Origin: a virus
IMG/VR virus record: IMGVR_UViG_3300023179_000020
Direction: 5' to 3' (one strand)
Length of the DNA stretch: 64,000 nt
Position 1 is the first letter of the stretch; the number at the start of each line of letters is the position of its first letter. The translations under genes and the position numbers were made by a program. Shown piece by piece: positions 18,271-28,377 of this stretch. The notes beneath the pieces are model-generated. The model saw nothing but the letters and a program-made list of their open reading frames with translations. It searched no databases and was not told the DNA's origin.

Positions 18271-20355
18271 ATGGCAGAAACATTAATTTCACCCGGTGTA
18301 TTAGCAAGAGAAAATGATACATCCTTTATTTCACAACAGCCCGTAGTAGTAGGAGCAGCAATTATAGGCCCAACAGTAAAAGGCCCTATTGAATTGCCTA
18401 CTGTTGTTACTTCCTATAGTGAATTTGTAAATACCTTTGGAGACGTTTTAACAAGTGGTAGTGATACTTATTCATATTTTACCTCTATTGCTGCTTATAA
18501 TTACTTTAGTAATGATGGAAACACATTATTAGTATCTAGAGTAGTAAGTGGATCCTATTCTCCTGCTACAAGTTCAAATATTTTAAATAATGTACCTTCT
18601 ACAGCAGGTGCTTTTGCAACTGCTTCAGGTAATTTAAGTGGAATAGCAAGTTGGATTGATACTGAGTTTAGATTTACGGACAATAGTTCTAATATTTATC
18701 GATTCTTACCAACCGCTTCTGGTAATTACCAAGATGATGCAGATGGTAAATTATATTTCTTTGCTAGTGCAAGTACTGCAGCTACTAGTACTACTAACTT
18801 AGCAGCTAAAATTACTTCTGTAACAAGTTTAGGAATTACTTCAAACTCAAGTACTACTACAATATCATTTACTGGTTCAGTTTCTAGCTCAGCTTATAAT
18901 GGATACGAATTTGAAGCAGGAAATGGAACTAATTTTATTAATTATGGAACTTTAGGTGGTGGTGTAAATGGTGATGGAAGTGTAGCTTTTGTTTTAGAAA
19001 CAATTTCTGAAGGTGTTATTATGAACAGTTCAAGTTCCCTTGATGCACAAGGTGCTTTAGCAAATGGTTCAAAAGACAACGTTCGTTGGCAAATTGTTAA
19101 CGCTAACACATCTTCAGGTACATTCAATTTATTGATTAGACAAGGAAATGATAATACTAATAGTCCTATTATTTTAGAACAATGGACCAATTTATCATTA
19201 GACCCTAAAGCATCTAACTTTATTTCTAATGTAATTGGTGATTACGTTTACAGTTACAACCCAGCAAATAATCAAATTGAAGTAACAGGTAACTATCCTA
19301 ATGCTTCAAAATATGTTAGAGTAAAACAAGTAAATTACTTAACACCAGACTATTTTGATAATGTTGGAATAGCTAAGCCTCAATATACTGCTTCTATTCC
19401 TGTAAATGCTAATGGTTCATTTACTGGTGCTACAGGTGATGTAAAAGGAGGAGCTAATTTTTATGATACTATAGATAATAATAATACTCAAGGATTAGTA
19501 GCAGCTAATTATGATAACATGATTGATCTTCTTTCTAATAAAGATGATTATCAATTTAATGCTCTGTATACTCCTGGATTGATTAAAAATTTTGGTACCC
19601 ACGCTTCTAAAATAAACAACATTATTACTAATACTCAAGACAGAGGAGACAACATTTACGTAGTTGACTTAGTAGACTATGGTAGTTCAGTTACTACAGT
19701 TACTGGTCAAGCAGCAAGCATTGATTCTTCATATACTGCTACTTACTGGCCTTGGTGCCAAATCCTAGACCCAGGTACTGGTAAAAGAGTATGGGTTCCT
19801 GCCTCAGCAATGATTGCTGGTGTATATGCATATAATGACAGAGTATCTGAGCCATGGTTTGCACCTGCAGGTATAAACAGAGGTGGATTAGGAAGAGTAA
19901 TTAGAGTAGAACAAAAATTACCACAAGCATCACGTGATACTTTATACCAAGGAAAAGTAAACCCAATTGCTACATTCCCAGGTACTGGAGTAGTAGTGTA
20001 TGGTCAGAAAACATTACAAACTAGAGCATCTGCTTTGGATCGTGTAAATGTTAGAAGATTGTTAATTGCACTTAAGTCTTATATTTCTCAAGTAGCAAAT
20101 ACATTAGTATTTGAACAAAATACAATTGCTACAAGAAACCAATTCTTAAGCCAAGTTAATCCATACCTTGAATCAGTACAACAAAGACAAGGTTTGTATG
20201 CATTTAAAGTTGTAATGGATGATACTAACAACACTCCAGACGTGATTGACAGAAACCAATTAGTAGGTGCAATTTATTTACAACCAACTAAAACAGCTGA
20301 ATTTATTTACTTGGATTTCAATGTTACACCAACTGGAGCTACTTTCCCAGTATAA
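18271..20355 (+). CDS. Tail sheath protein (T4 gp18-like)
   Basis: ISPGVLAREND, PWFAPAGINRG, NPIATFPG, GQKTL, DRVNVRRLL, FEQN, PTKTAEFI motifs. Confidence 0.95.
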   Translation: MAETLISPGVLARENDTSFISQQPVVVGAAIIGPTVKGPIELPTVVTSYSEFVNTFGDVLTSGSDTYSYFTSIAAYNYFSNDGNTLLVSRVVSGSYSPATSSNILNNVPSTAGAFATASGNLSGIASWIDTEFRFTDNSSNIYRFLPTASGNYQDDADGKLYFFASASTAATSTTNLAAKITSVTSLGITSNSSTTTISFTGSVSSSAYNGYEFEAGNGTNFINYGTLGGGVNGDGSVAFVLETISEGVIMNSSSSLDAQGALANGSKDNVRWQIVNANTSSGTFNLLIRQGNDNTNSPIILEQWTNLSLDPKASNFISNVIGDYVYSYNPANNQIEVTGNYPNASKYVRVKQVNYLTPDYFDNVGIAKPQYTASIPVNANGSFTGATGDVKGGANFYDTIDNNNTQGLVAANYDNMIDLLSNKDDYQFNALYTPGLIKNFGTHASKINNIITNTQDRGDNIYVVDLVDYGSSVTTVTGQAASIDSSYTATYWPWCQILDPGTGKRVWVPASAMIAGVYAYNDRVSEPWFAPAGINRGGLGRVIRVEQKLPQASRDTLYQGKVNPIATFPGTGVVVYGQKTLQTRASALDRVNVRRLLIALKSYISQVANTLVFEQNTIATRNQFLSQVNPYLESVQQRQGLYAFKVVMDDTNNTPDVIDRNQLVGAIYLQPTKTAEFIYLDFNVTPTGATFPV

Positions 20356-20371
20356 AAATTTAATAAACAGA

Positions 20372-20379
20372 TATTTATA
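20372..20379 (+). promoter_or_regulatory. Putative late promoter TATTTATA
   Basis: Upstream of the tube gene. Confidence 0.65.
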
Positions 20380-20399
20380 ATTAAATAAAACATAATACA

Positions 20400-20888
20400 A
20401 TGGCAGTACTAGACGCAAACGAAATATTTTTTACAGCATTTGAACCCAAACAGGCTAATAGGTTTATCCTTTATATGGATGGTGTTCCAAGTTATCTAAT
20501 AAAAGGAGTAAATGCTGTAACCGTATCACAAGGAGAAGTAACCTTAAACCACATTAACGTTTATCGTAAAGTAAAAGGTAAAACTACTTGGGGTAACATT
20601 CAGATGACACTATTTGATCCTATCACACCTTCAGGTGCTCAAGCAGTAATGGAATGGGTTCGTTTGCATCACGAATCTGTAACAGGTAGAGATGGCTACT
20701 CAGACTTTTATAAAAAAGACTTAGTAATTGACATTTTAGGACCTGTAGGAGACATTGTTAGTGAATGGATTCTTAAAGGCGCATTTATAACAGAAGCTAA
20801 TTTTGGTGATTATGCTTGGGATACTGAAAACCAAGCCGTTAACATTACAATGACTGTAGCTGTAGATTACTGCGTACTCAATTTTTGA
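20400..20888 (+). CDS. Tail tube protein (T4 gp19-like)
   Basis: FEPKQANRF, KGKTTW, VMEW, YKKD, W.LKGAF motifs; follows the sheath gene. Confidence 0.9.
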   Translation: MAVLDANEIFFTAFEPKQANRFILYMDGVPSYLIKGVNAVTVSQGEVTLNHINVYRKVKGKTTWGNIQMTLFDPITPSGAQAVMEWVRLHHESVTGRDGYSDFYKKDLVIDILGPVGDIVSEWILKGAFITEANFGDYAWDTENQAVNITMTVAVDYCVLNF

Positions 20889-20920
20889 AAATATAGTAGT
20901 CCAAATATACATCTTAAAAG

Positions 20921-20956
20921 AATGCTCGATATTTATTATCGAGCATTTTTATTTTT
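20921..20956 (+). terminator. 11-bp hairpin with T-tract; loop region contains a late-promoter-like TATTTATT
   Basis: aatgctcgata-tttat-tatcgagcatt then tttatttt. Confidence 0.65.
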
Positions 20957-20958
20957 AT

Positions 20959-21714
20959 ATGAAAAACAGTGAAAAATTAATACAAGAAAAATACAATGGA
21001 ATTCACCCAACATGCAAATGTGGGTGTAATGAAAAAACAGTTTATGATCCTAGTCGGAGAGATTTCCCTGAATATAAAAGAGGACATCAAACTCGAGTAA
21101 TTAAGGATTATTTTGGCGACCCTAAAAATCCAAAACGAGTTGAAAAAATTATATCAACCCGCAAACAAAAGTTTACTTCTGGGGAGTATGATCATATTAA
21201 AAAACAAGTATCTAAACCTAGATCTGAAGAAATTAAAAATAAAATTTCAAAATCAGGTAAAGGTGTATCTAGACCTAAAAAAGAAGGATTTGGGGTTGGT
21301 AGAAAACATTCGAATATAACTAAAGAAAAGATGAGTGATTCTGCTGTACAAAGAATAATAAAGACAGATCAAAACCATACATCTAAATTAGAAAAAACTT
21401 TTTCTAATATTTTAGAATTATTAGATATAGAATATAAACAATTTTTTTATGCTAAAGATATTAAAGCATTTTACGATTTCTACATTCCAAAACATAATAT
21501 TATTATTGAAGTAGATGGTGATTTTTGGCATTGTAACCCTAACTCTAAACATTCTGTTCCAAAATATAAAACACAACAACAAAATTTAATTAAAGATTCT
21601 ATTAAAACACAATGGGCTGTAGATAAGGGATATAAATTATTCAGATTTTGGGAAGACGATATAAATAACAATATCCAATACATAAAACAAATACTATTAG
21701 AAAATTGTAAATAA
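20959..21714 (+). mobile_element. Free-standing homing endonuclease: CxCGC Zn-finger, NUMOD3, Vsr/DUF559-like nuclease domain
   Basis: CKCGC; GRKHSNITKEKMS; SKLEK..YDFYIP..IIIEVDGDFWH..GYKLFRFWEDDI. Confidence 0.8.
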
Positions 21715-21715
21715 T

Positions 21716-22387
21716 ATGAATAATAAAGAATTAATTAAAAAGTTATATGAGGAATATAAAAAAGAATATTTAAACGAAATATACGATATTCCTTTAGAAT
21801 ATAAAAAAGAATCACCCACTAAATATCTTGTATATAAAGATAATAAAGAAATAGCATATTTTTTATTTACTTTTAAATACGATATAAATAATTCTCCTGT
21901 TGATTATAAACGTTATAAATTAGATAGATATTGGAGTGTGGATTGGTATTGGAGTCAAGGTATATCTAAAGAAGAAAAAAACGCTAAAAATTTTATTAGA
22001 GTAACATCTACTGCTTTTAAAATAGTAGATGATTTTATAAGAAACCATAATTACCCATCTCTACTAGGATTTGGAGGACTAACAGAACAACATGAAAATA
22101 TATATTCTGATGAAAAATTTGTTGATAGATGGAACATTTTATTAGGAGAAAGATACTATATAAAATGGGATATAGAAAATGATAAAATGTGGATAATAAA
22201 TAAGAATTTTTATAAGACAGATGAAGCAAAAATATATGATGCTTCTCGTGCTTTTGAAAAGTCCTTATCTGAAATATATAGGCAGCAAAAATTTCCAACT
22301 AAACGTGACACTAAAGGTATATCTCGTCATAATCTTATAAAAGAACAAATTAGAAGAATTATATTAAAACAAATATATTTAAAATAA
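21716..22387 (+). CDS. Hypothetical protein, possible head-packaged protein (YLNE propeptide site)
   Basis: ORF; N-terminal helix ending KEYLNE. Confidence 0.6.
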   Translation: MNNKELIKKLYEEYKKEYLNEIYDIPLEYKKESPTKYLVYKDNKEIAYFLFTFKYDINNSPVDYKRYKLDRYWSVDWYWSQGISKEEKNAKNFIRVTSTAFKIVDDFIRNHNYPSLLGFGGLTEQHENIYSDEKFVDRWNILLGERYYIKWDIENDKMWIINKNFYKTDEAKIYDASRAFEKSLSEIYRQQKFPTKRDTKGISRHNLIKEQIRRIILKQIYLK

Positions 22388-22418
22388 CCCGCAAAAAAAT
22401 TGCGGGTTTCTTTTTTTT
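22386..22418 (+). terminator. Rho-independent terminator
   Basis: aacccgcaa-aaaaa-ttgcgggtt followed by a T8 tract. Confidence 0.85.
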
Positions 22419-22423
22419 CTTTA

Positions 22424-22431
22424 TATTTATA
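22424..22431 (+). promoter_or_regulatory. Putative late promoter TATTTATA
   Basis: Directly after the terminator, before 22445. Confidence 0.65.
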
Positions 22432-22444
22432 ATAAAACATAATT

Positions 22445-24835
22445 ATGGGTTTATTAGAACGTTTTTTAAACAATGGTTCATCTTTAGACATTGAAACCCC
22501 ATCAGTTGGAGGAGGACCAATTAATGATCCTGCTTCTGGGTTTGTTCAAACATATTTGCCTAATAATACTTATGAAAGCACCACAGTAGGACAACCTGAT
22601 AATGGTAGTGAATTATCAACTACCCTAAACCAAACAGCATTAGACACTAGTGATCCTAATTATGTTGGTCCTACACTTCCTCCTAACATCAACACTCAAT
22701 ATCCAGACCAGGCACATGGAGAATTTGGAGGAGCGCCTTCTCAATTTACTCAACAGTGGAACGCAACAAATACTTACTTAAGTTATATTAGTGGTATTGT
22801 TGATTCTGCTGATGACATTCAAGTTCAAACATTAACCCAAACCAATTTAGATACAGATGCTCAAGGTAATTCCAACATACCTAGTCCTTTAGGGTATCAA
22901 ACTTCATATCCTGAACAAACACATGGAGAATTTGGAGGAGCGCCTTCTCAATTTGATCAAAATTGGAGTGTAAATAATCAATATATTAGTAATTATAATC
23001 CTAATGCTCAAGTTCAAACATTAACCCAAACCAATTTAGATACAGATGCTCAAGGTAATTCCAATGTGCCTAATCCGTTAAACATTAATACTCCTATAAC
23101 TCCTACAATACCTTCACTTAATGTTAATATGGGTGAATTTGGAGGGGCACCTTCTCAATTTGTTCAAACATATAGTCCTAGTAATACTTATTTAAACAAT
23201 TTACCTTCTGTATCTCCTCAAGAAAATACCTTAGCCCAAACTGGATTAGATAATACTGATCCTACAGCCGAACCTACAACATTAATAAACACTCCTACTA
23301 TACCGGATACTATAACATCTTATCCCCCATTAGCAAGTGGAGAATTTGAAAATGGATCTGAAGGATTTACACAACCTTGGAACCCAAATAACACATATTT
23401 AGACAATCTTAATCCTAACACCCAAGTCAATACTTTAACCCAAACAAATTTAGATACAGATGCTCAAGGTAATTCCAATGTGCCTAATCCGTTAAACATT
23501 AATACTCCTATAACTCCTACAATACCTTCACTTAATGTTAATATGGGTGAATTTGGAGGGGCACCTTCTCAATTTGTTCAAACATATAGTCCTAGTAATA
23601 CTTATTTAAACAATTTACCTTCTGTATCTCCTCAAGAAAATACCTTAGCCCAAACTGGATTAGATAATACTGATCCTACAGCCGAACCTACAACATTAAT
23701 AAACACTCCTACTATACCGGATACTATAACATCTTATCCCCCATTAGCAAGTGGAGAATTTGAAAATGGATCTGAAGGATTTACACAACCTTGGAACCCA
23801 AATAACACATATTTAGACAATCTTAATCCTAACACCCAAGTCAATACTTTAACCCAAACAAATTTAGATACAGATGGTCAAGGTACTTCTAACGTCCCTA
23901 ATCCTTTAGCCCCAGGAGTTATACCTGATTTAACTCCAAATCATGAATTACCTAATGGAGTATATATGGGTGAATTTGGAGGAGCGCCTTCTCAATTTGA
24001 TCAAAATTGGAGTGTAAATAATCAATATATTAGTAATTATAATCCTAACATTCAAATTGATACTTTGACCCAAACCGCATTAGACAATACTGAACTTCAA
24101 CAAGTAAATACTAATATTAATCCGTTAGACATTGATACTCCTATAACCCCTCAAATTATGTCACCCAATATTAACATGGGTGAATTTGCAAATGGGCCTT
24201 CTCAATTTGCTCAAACATATGGTCCTGATAATTTGTATTTAGAAACTATTAATAATATTAGTATTCCTGAAAATAATACTCAAGTTCAAACATTAACCCA
24301 AACCAATTTAGATACAGATGCTCAAGGTAATTCCAATATTCCTAATCCGTTAGACATTAACATCCCAACAACACCTGCGCATCCTTTGTCTAAAGGAGTG
24401 TTTATGGGAGAATATTATAGTAGTAATCCTTCCCAATTTACTCAAAATTGGAGTGTTAATAACATGTATTTAGACAATGTAGATTATGGAGGCCGTAATC
24501 CTCAAATCCAGTCTTTAAAAGACACAGGATTAGATGTAGAAAATGAAAGAGCTCAAACTACAGCTGAAAACTTTGCTCCAGTAATTCCAGATAATACTCC
24601 TTATCCATTAGAAGCAACTGGTAGAAATGGGTATTTTAAACAAGAATGGACACCTAAAAATGGATACTGGAGGTACTATTTGGGTAACAGACAAAAATTT
24701 AATACAGGTCCAATAGGTGTTAGTTCAGCATATTCATATGAAACAAACCCAAAACTTCGAGGTAATTTTGCTTTTGGTTCTAACGCTGCTAATTTTATAA
24801 AAGATGCAGTATCTTCAGTAAAAAACATATTTTGA
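22445..24835 (+). CDS. Long N/P/T/Q-rich repeat protein (~10 units of TLxQTxLD...GEFGGAPSQFxQxW)
   Basis: Repeats visible in both protein and DNA. Confidence 0.75.
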   Translation: MGLLERFLNNGSSLDIETPSVGGGPINDPASGFVQTYLPNNTYESTTVGQPDNGSELSTTLNQTALDTSDPNYVGPTLPPNINTQYPDQAHGEFGGAPSQFTQQWNATNTYLSYISGIVDSADDIQVQTLTQTNLDTDAQGNSNIPSPLGYQTSYPEQTHGEFGGAPSQFDQNWSVNNQYISNYNPNAQVQTLTQTNLDTDAQGNSNVPNPLNINTPITPTIPSLNVNMGEFGGAPSQFVQTYSPSNTYLNNLPSVSPQENTLAQTGLDNTDPTAEPTTLINTPTIPDTITSYPPLASGEFENGSEGFTQPWNPNNTYLDNLNPNTQVNTLTQTNLDTDAQGNSNVPNPLNINTPITPTIPSLNVNMGEFGGAPSQFVQTYSPSNTYLNNLPSVSPQENTLAQTGLDNTDPTAEPTTLINTPTIPDTITSYPPLASGEFENGSEGFTQPWNPNNTYLDNLNPNTQVNTLTQTNLDTDGQGTSNVPNPLAPGVIPDLTPNHELPNGVYMGEFGGAPSQFDQNWSVNNQYISNYNPNIQIDTLTQTALDNTELQQVNTNINPLDIDTPITPQIMSPNINMGEFANGPSQFAQTYGPDNLYLETINNISIPENNTQVQTLTQTNLDTDAQGNSNIPNPLDINIPTTPAHPLSKGVFMGEYYSSNPSQFTQNWSVNNMYLDNVDYGGRNPQIQSLKDTGLDVENERAQTTAENFAPVIPDNTPYPLEATGRNGYFKQEWTPKNGYWRYYLGNRQKFNTGPIGVSSAYSYETNPKLRGNFAFGSNAANFIKDAVSSVKNIF
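23033..23876 (+). repeat. Exact 414-bp tandem duplication (138 aa)
   Basis: 23047 matches 23461, 23227 matches 23641 and 23407 matches 23821; period 414. Confidence 0.9.
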
Positions 24836-24837
24836 TA

Positions 24838-24845
24838 TATTTATA
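24838..24845 (+). promoter_or_regulatory. Putative late promoter TATTTATA
   Basis: Recurrent motif. Confidence 0.6.
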
Positions 24846-24869
24846 ATAAAACGTTATAACAAATAATTT

Positions 24870-25598
24870 ATGAATAATTTAAACACCCCAACAGAAGTTA
24901 TTGAATTACCCTCAAAAGGTTTAGTCTACCCAGAAACAAATCCACTTTCAAGCGGAAAAGTTGAAATGAAATACATGACCGCAAAAGAAGAAGACATTCT
25001 AACAAACCAAAATTACATTAGTAAAGGTGTAGTTTTAGATGAATTAATCAAGTCACTTATTGTTTCTGATGTAAAGTATGAAGATTTAATTATAGGCGAT
25101 AAAAACGCTTTATTAGTAGCAGCTCGTATTTTAGGATATGGTAAAGACTATACTTTTACTTATGATAATGAAGAACAAACAGTTGATTTGTCTAAAATTG
25201 ATAACAAACCACTAAATGAATCTTTATTTGTTAAAGGACAAAATGAATTTTCATTTACACTTCCTTCAACTGGTACTAACATAACTTTTAAGTTATTAAC
25301 AGGTCATGATGAGAAAAAAATAAACGCTGAATTAGAAGGTTTAAAAAAGATAAACAAATTCAATTCCCCAGAAATGTCAACCAGGTTAAAATACATAATA
25401 ACTTCAGTTGAAGGTAATAGGGATTCAAAAGACATTCGTCAATTTGTTGATAATCAATTATTGGCTCGCGACTCTAGAGCGTTAAGAGAGTACATAAAGG
25501 AGGTGCAGCCAGACGTTGATCTGACCTTTTTTCCCGATGGAAACGACACAAAAGTTGACATTCCCGTTGGACTTAAGTTTTTTTGGCCTGACATCTGA
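24870..25598 (+). CDS. T4 gp26-like baseplate hub/tail assembly chaperone
   Basis: IELPSKG, YMTAKEEDIL, GDKNALLVAARILGYG, and FFWP C-terminus. Confidence 0.75.
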   Translation: MNNLNTPTEVIELPSKGLVYPETNPLSSGKVEMKYMTAKEEDILTNQNYISKGVVLDELIKSLIVSDVKYEDLIIGDKNALLVAARILGYGKDYTFTYDNEEQTVDLSKIDNKPLNESLFVKGQNEFSFTLPSTGTNITFKLLTGHDEKKINAELEGLKKINKFNSPEMSTRLKYIITSVEGNRDSKDIRQFVDNQLLARDSRALREYIKEVQPDVDLTFFPDGNDTKVDIPVGLKFFWPDI

Positions 25599-25866
25599 AG
25601 TAGCACCTCAGGTTAGAATTAATTTATTTACTCAAATTCATGAAATAGTTTTTCATGGTCAAGGTGGCTATGATTGGGAAACAGTCTATAACATGCCTAT
25701 TTGGCTTCGTAAGTTTACTTTTAATAAAATGAAAGAACATTACGATAAACAAAATTCTCAACAAAACGAAGACTTAGCTACTCAATCTCAAAAGATTAAG
25801 GAAGGTAAAATTCAAATTCCTGATTATTTTAAGGGTAAATCTGGTAAAAAGATACCTAAATACTAA
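25576..25866 (+). CDS. T4 gp51-like chaperone extension, probably expressed by frameshift from 24870
   Basis: IHEIVFHG..GYDWETVYNMPIWLRKF motif; overlaps the upstream gene at a T7 run; the only upstream ATG (25537) lies inside the previous gene. Confidence 0.6.
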   Translation, partial: SFFGLTSEVAPQVRINLFTQIHEIVFHGQGGYDWETVYNMPIWLRKFTFNKMKEHYDKQNSQQNEDLATQSQKIKEGKIQIPDYFKGKSGKKIPKY

Positions 25867-25882
25867 AAATCACAGTATTTAA

Positions 25883-25890
25883 TATTTATA
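25883..25890 (+). promoter_or_regulatory. Putative late promoter TATTTATA
   Basis: Upstream of the tape measure gene. Confidence 0.6.
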
Positions 25891-25904
25891 GCATATAAAA
25901 TATT

Positions 25905-28364
25905 ATGGCACAAAATTTATCACCAGCTGAATTACAAGAATTAATTAAATTATTCAAAATATTAGATGGTTTATCAGATTCTGCTGCTCAACATGCTGCA
26001 ACTCAAGCCCAAAATATAGGTAATGCTACTAATGAATTAGATCGTTTACGTAAAGCATATAAGGATTTTACAGGAGATATCTCAAATGCTTTAAAAACAT
26101 TTAAAGAATTAGTTTCTCAAATTAGTAAACAAAAAACCGGTATTGAAGAATCTAAAAAAGCATATAAAGGTTTATCTTCTATAGCTGAAAAAATTCAATA
26201 CCATCAAATGGGTATATCTACTCTATCTTCTAAAGAAATAAAAAATCTTCAAGAAAAAGCTAAACAAGAAAAACAAAGATTAGAAACAGCCCAATACTTA
26301 TTAGATTCAGATAAAGCTAAAATTGAATCTGATAAACGACAATTAATTGCTGCTATACAACAAAGAGCTCAACAAGGTTTATTAAGTAATGATTTAAGAA
26401 AACAATTAGCTGAAAAAAACTTAAAGCTTCAAGAAATTAATAAGACATATCAAGAAAATAAAGACCTTCTTAATGATACTAACAATTCTTTAACTCAAAC
26501 CGTTGAAACCTTAGAGACAGAATATAAAGCTGCTAAAAAAATTGAAAAGTCTATGGGCCTTACTGGGGCACTAATGAAAGGAATAAGTAAAATTCCTATA
26601 TTAGGAGACATGCCTGGAATGGCTAGCATAGCTGGAGAAGTTGAAGAGGAGATGAAAAAAATTGAAAGAGAAGAAGGAAGAATAGTTGGTAGAACAGAAG
26701 CTATGGGTATGGCTTTTAAAAAAGTAGGAGGTGTTATAAAAGATAATTTAACAGATCCTTTATTTTTAATTGGATTATTAGTTAAAGGTTTTAAAGCGTT
26801 TTTAGACATAGGATTTGCTGCTTCTAAACAAACTACAGAAATGGGTAAATCTATGGCTATATCTTCAAAAGAAGCTGGTTTTATAAGAGAAAGATTTAGA
26901 GACATACAAAACTCAAGTGACAATATTTTAGTAACAACCGTTAATTTAGCAGAAGCCCAAGGTCAATTAGCTAATGCTTTTGGGGCTACTAGAGGTTTTA
27001 CAGATGCTCAATTGCAAGACCAAATAAAATTAACAAAAGCAATGGGCCTTACAGAAGAAACAGCAGCAGGAATACAACAATTAGCAATGGCTAATGGTAA
27101 ATCTGCAGATGACGTTGTTGCTTCAACAATAAAACAAACTGCTGCTTTAGCCAAACAAAAAGGAATACAATTAGACAACAGAAAAGTATTAGCTGAAGTA
27201 GCAAAAGTTTCAGGCCAATTAAGATTACAATACCAAAATAATCCAGAACTAATAGCTAAAGCAGTTGTTCAAACTCAAAAATTAGGTATTAATTTAGAAC
27301 AAGCCAAAAACATGGCTGAAAAATTGTTAGACTTTGAACAATCTATTAGTAGTGAATTAGAAGCAGAATTATTAACAGGTAAAGATCTTAATCTTGAAGA
27401 AGCAAGACTACTAGCATTTCAAGGCAAATCAGCTGAAGCTGCAGCTTTAATGTTAAAACAAATGGGAGGTTCAGCCGAATTTGCTAAAATGAATGTTTTT
27501 CAACAACAATCTATAGCTCAGGCTTTAGGCATGAATGCTGATGAATTAGCAAATTCTTTAGTTGCTCAAGAAAATTTAAATAGATTAGGAGGTGAAACTA
27601 AAAAACAAATTGAAGAACAATTAAAATTAGCAAAAGCAAATGGAGAAACAGATAAGATTCGTATGTTAGAAAACTCTCTTGGGAACGAAAAAGAAGCTAA
27701 AGCTGCTTTAGAAAAACTAGATGCTCAAACTCAATTTAATGCTGCTATTGATAAATTAAAAAGCATGTTGACTTCTATTGTAGAAGGACCTGCTTTAAAA
27801 TTTGTTGAAATGTTAGCAAATACAATTTCAAATGGAGAGGCTTTAAAATCTATTTTTACACAAATTGGTATTATAATAAGTACTATAAGTTTAACTAAAT
27901 TAATCACAGGTTTAATAACAGCAGCAGTATCAGCTGGTTCACTATCTATTGCATCTGCCACTTTTGCATCTGCTCTCACATTAGGTATAGGAGCAGCAGT
28001 TATTATAGGTTCTATAGCAGCTATTAGTAGTGCTATGAGTAATGCTCAAAAAGATGCTGAAAATAGAGCTAAACAACTAAAACCAGCAAAAGCAGCACGA
28101 GGAGGAACAGTAGTAGGTAAAGGAAGTGTAATGGTAGGAGAAGAAGGCCCTGAAATTTTATCCTTAAACCCAGGAGCAACTATAACTCCATTGTCAAAAA
28201 CTAACGCTGCTACAGAAGTTTATTCTACTACAAATAATTCATCCGGTATTGATTACGATAGACTTATAAACGGATTAGCAGACGCAATATCTGGAAGACC
28301 AACATATTTAGACTCACAAAAAGTAAATCAACAATCTAACTTAAGTGCAGTATCTGTTCAATAA
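25905..28364 (+). CDS. Tape measure protein
   Basis: Long alpha-helical A/K/Q/E-rich protein with a hydrophobic stretch and C-terminal ARGG.V.....VGEEGPE motif; follows the chaperone genes. Confidence 0.8.
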   Translation: MAQNLSPAELQELIKLFKILDGLSDSAAQHAATQAQNIGNATNELDRLRKAYKDFTGDISNALKTFKELVSQISKQKTGIEESKKAYKGLSSIAEKIQYHQMGISTLSSKEIKNLQEKAKQEKQRLETAQYLLDSDKAKIESDKRQLIAAIQQRAQQGLLSNDLRKQLAEKNLKLQEINKTYQENKDLLNDTNNSLTQTVETLETEYKAAKKIEKSMGLTGALMKGISKIPILGDMPGMASIAGEVEEEMKKIEREEGRIVGRTEAMGMAFKKVGGVIKDNLTDPLFLIGLLVKGFKAFLDIGFAASKQTTEMGKSMAISSKEAGFIRERFRDIQNSSDNILVTTVNLAEAQGQLANAFGATRGFTDAQLQDQIKLTKAMGLTEETAAGIQQLAMANGKSADDVVASTIKQTAALAKQKGIQLDNRKVLAEVAKVSGQLRLQYQNNPELIAKAVVQTQKLGINLEQAKNMAEKLLDFEQSISSELEAELLTGKDLNLEEARLLAFQGKSAEAAALMLKQMGGSAEFAKMNVFQQQSIAQALGMNADELANSLVAQENLNRLGGETKKQIEEQLKLAKANGETDKIRMLENSLGNEKEAKAALEKLDAQTQFNAAIDKLKSMLTSIVEGPALKFVEMLANTISNGEALKSIFTQIGIIISTISLTKLITGLITAAVSAGSLSIASATFASALTLGIGAAVIIGSIAAISSAMSNAQKDAENRAKQLKPAKAARGGTVVGKGSVMVGEEGPEILSLNPGATITPLSKTNAATEVYSTTNNSSGIDYDRLINGLADAISGRPTYLDSQKVNQQSNLSAVSVQ

Positions 28365-28369
28365 TAGAA

Positions 28370-28377
28370 TATTTATA
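28370..28377 (+). promoter_or_regulatory. Putative late promoter TATTTATA
   Basis: Recurrent motif. Confidence 0.6.
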
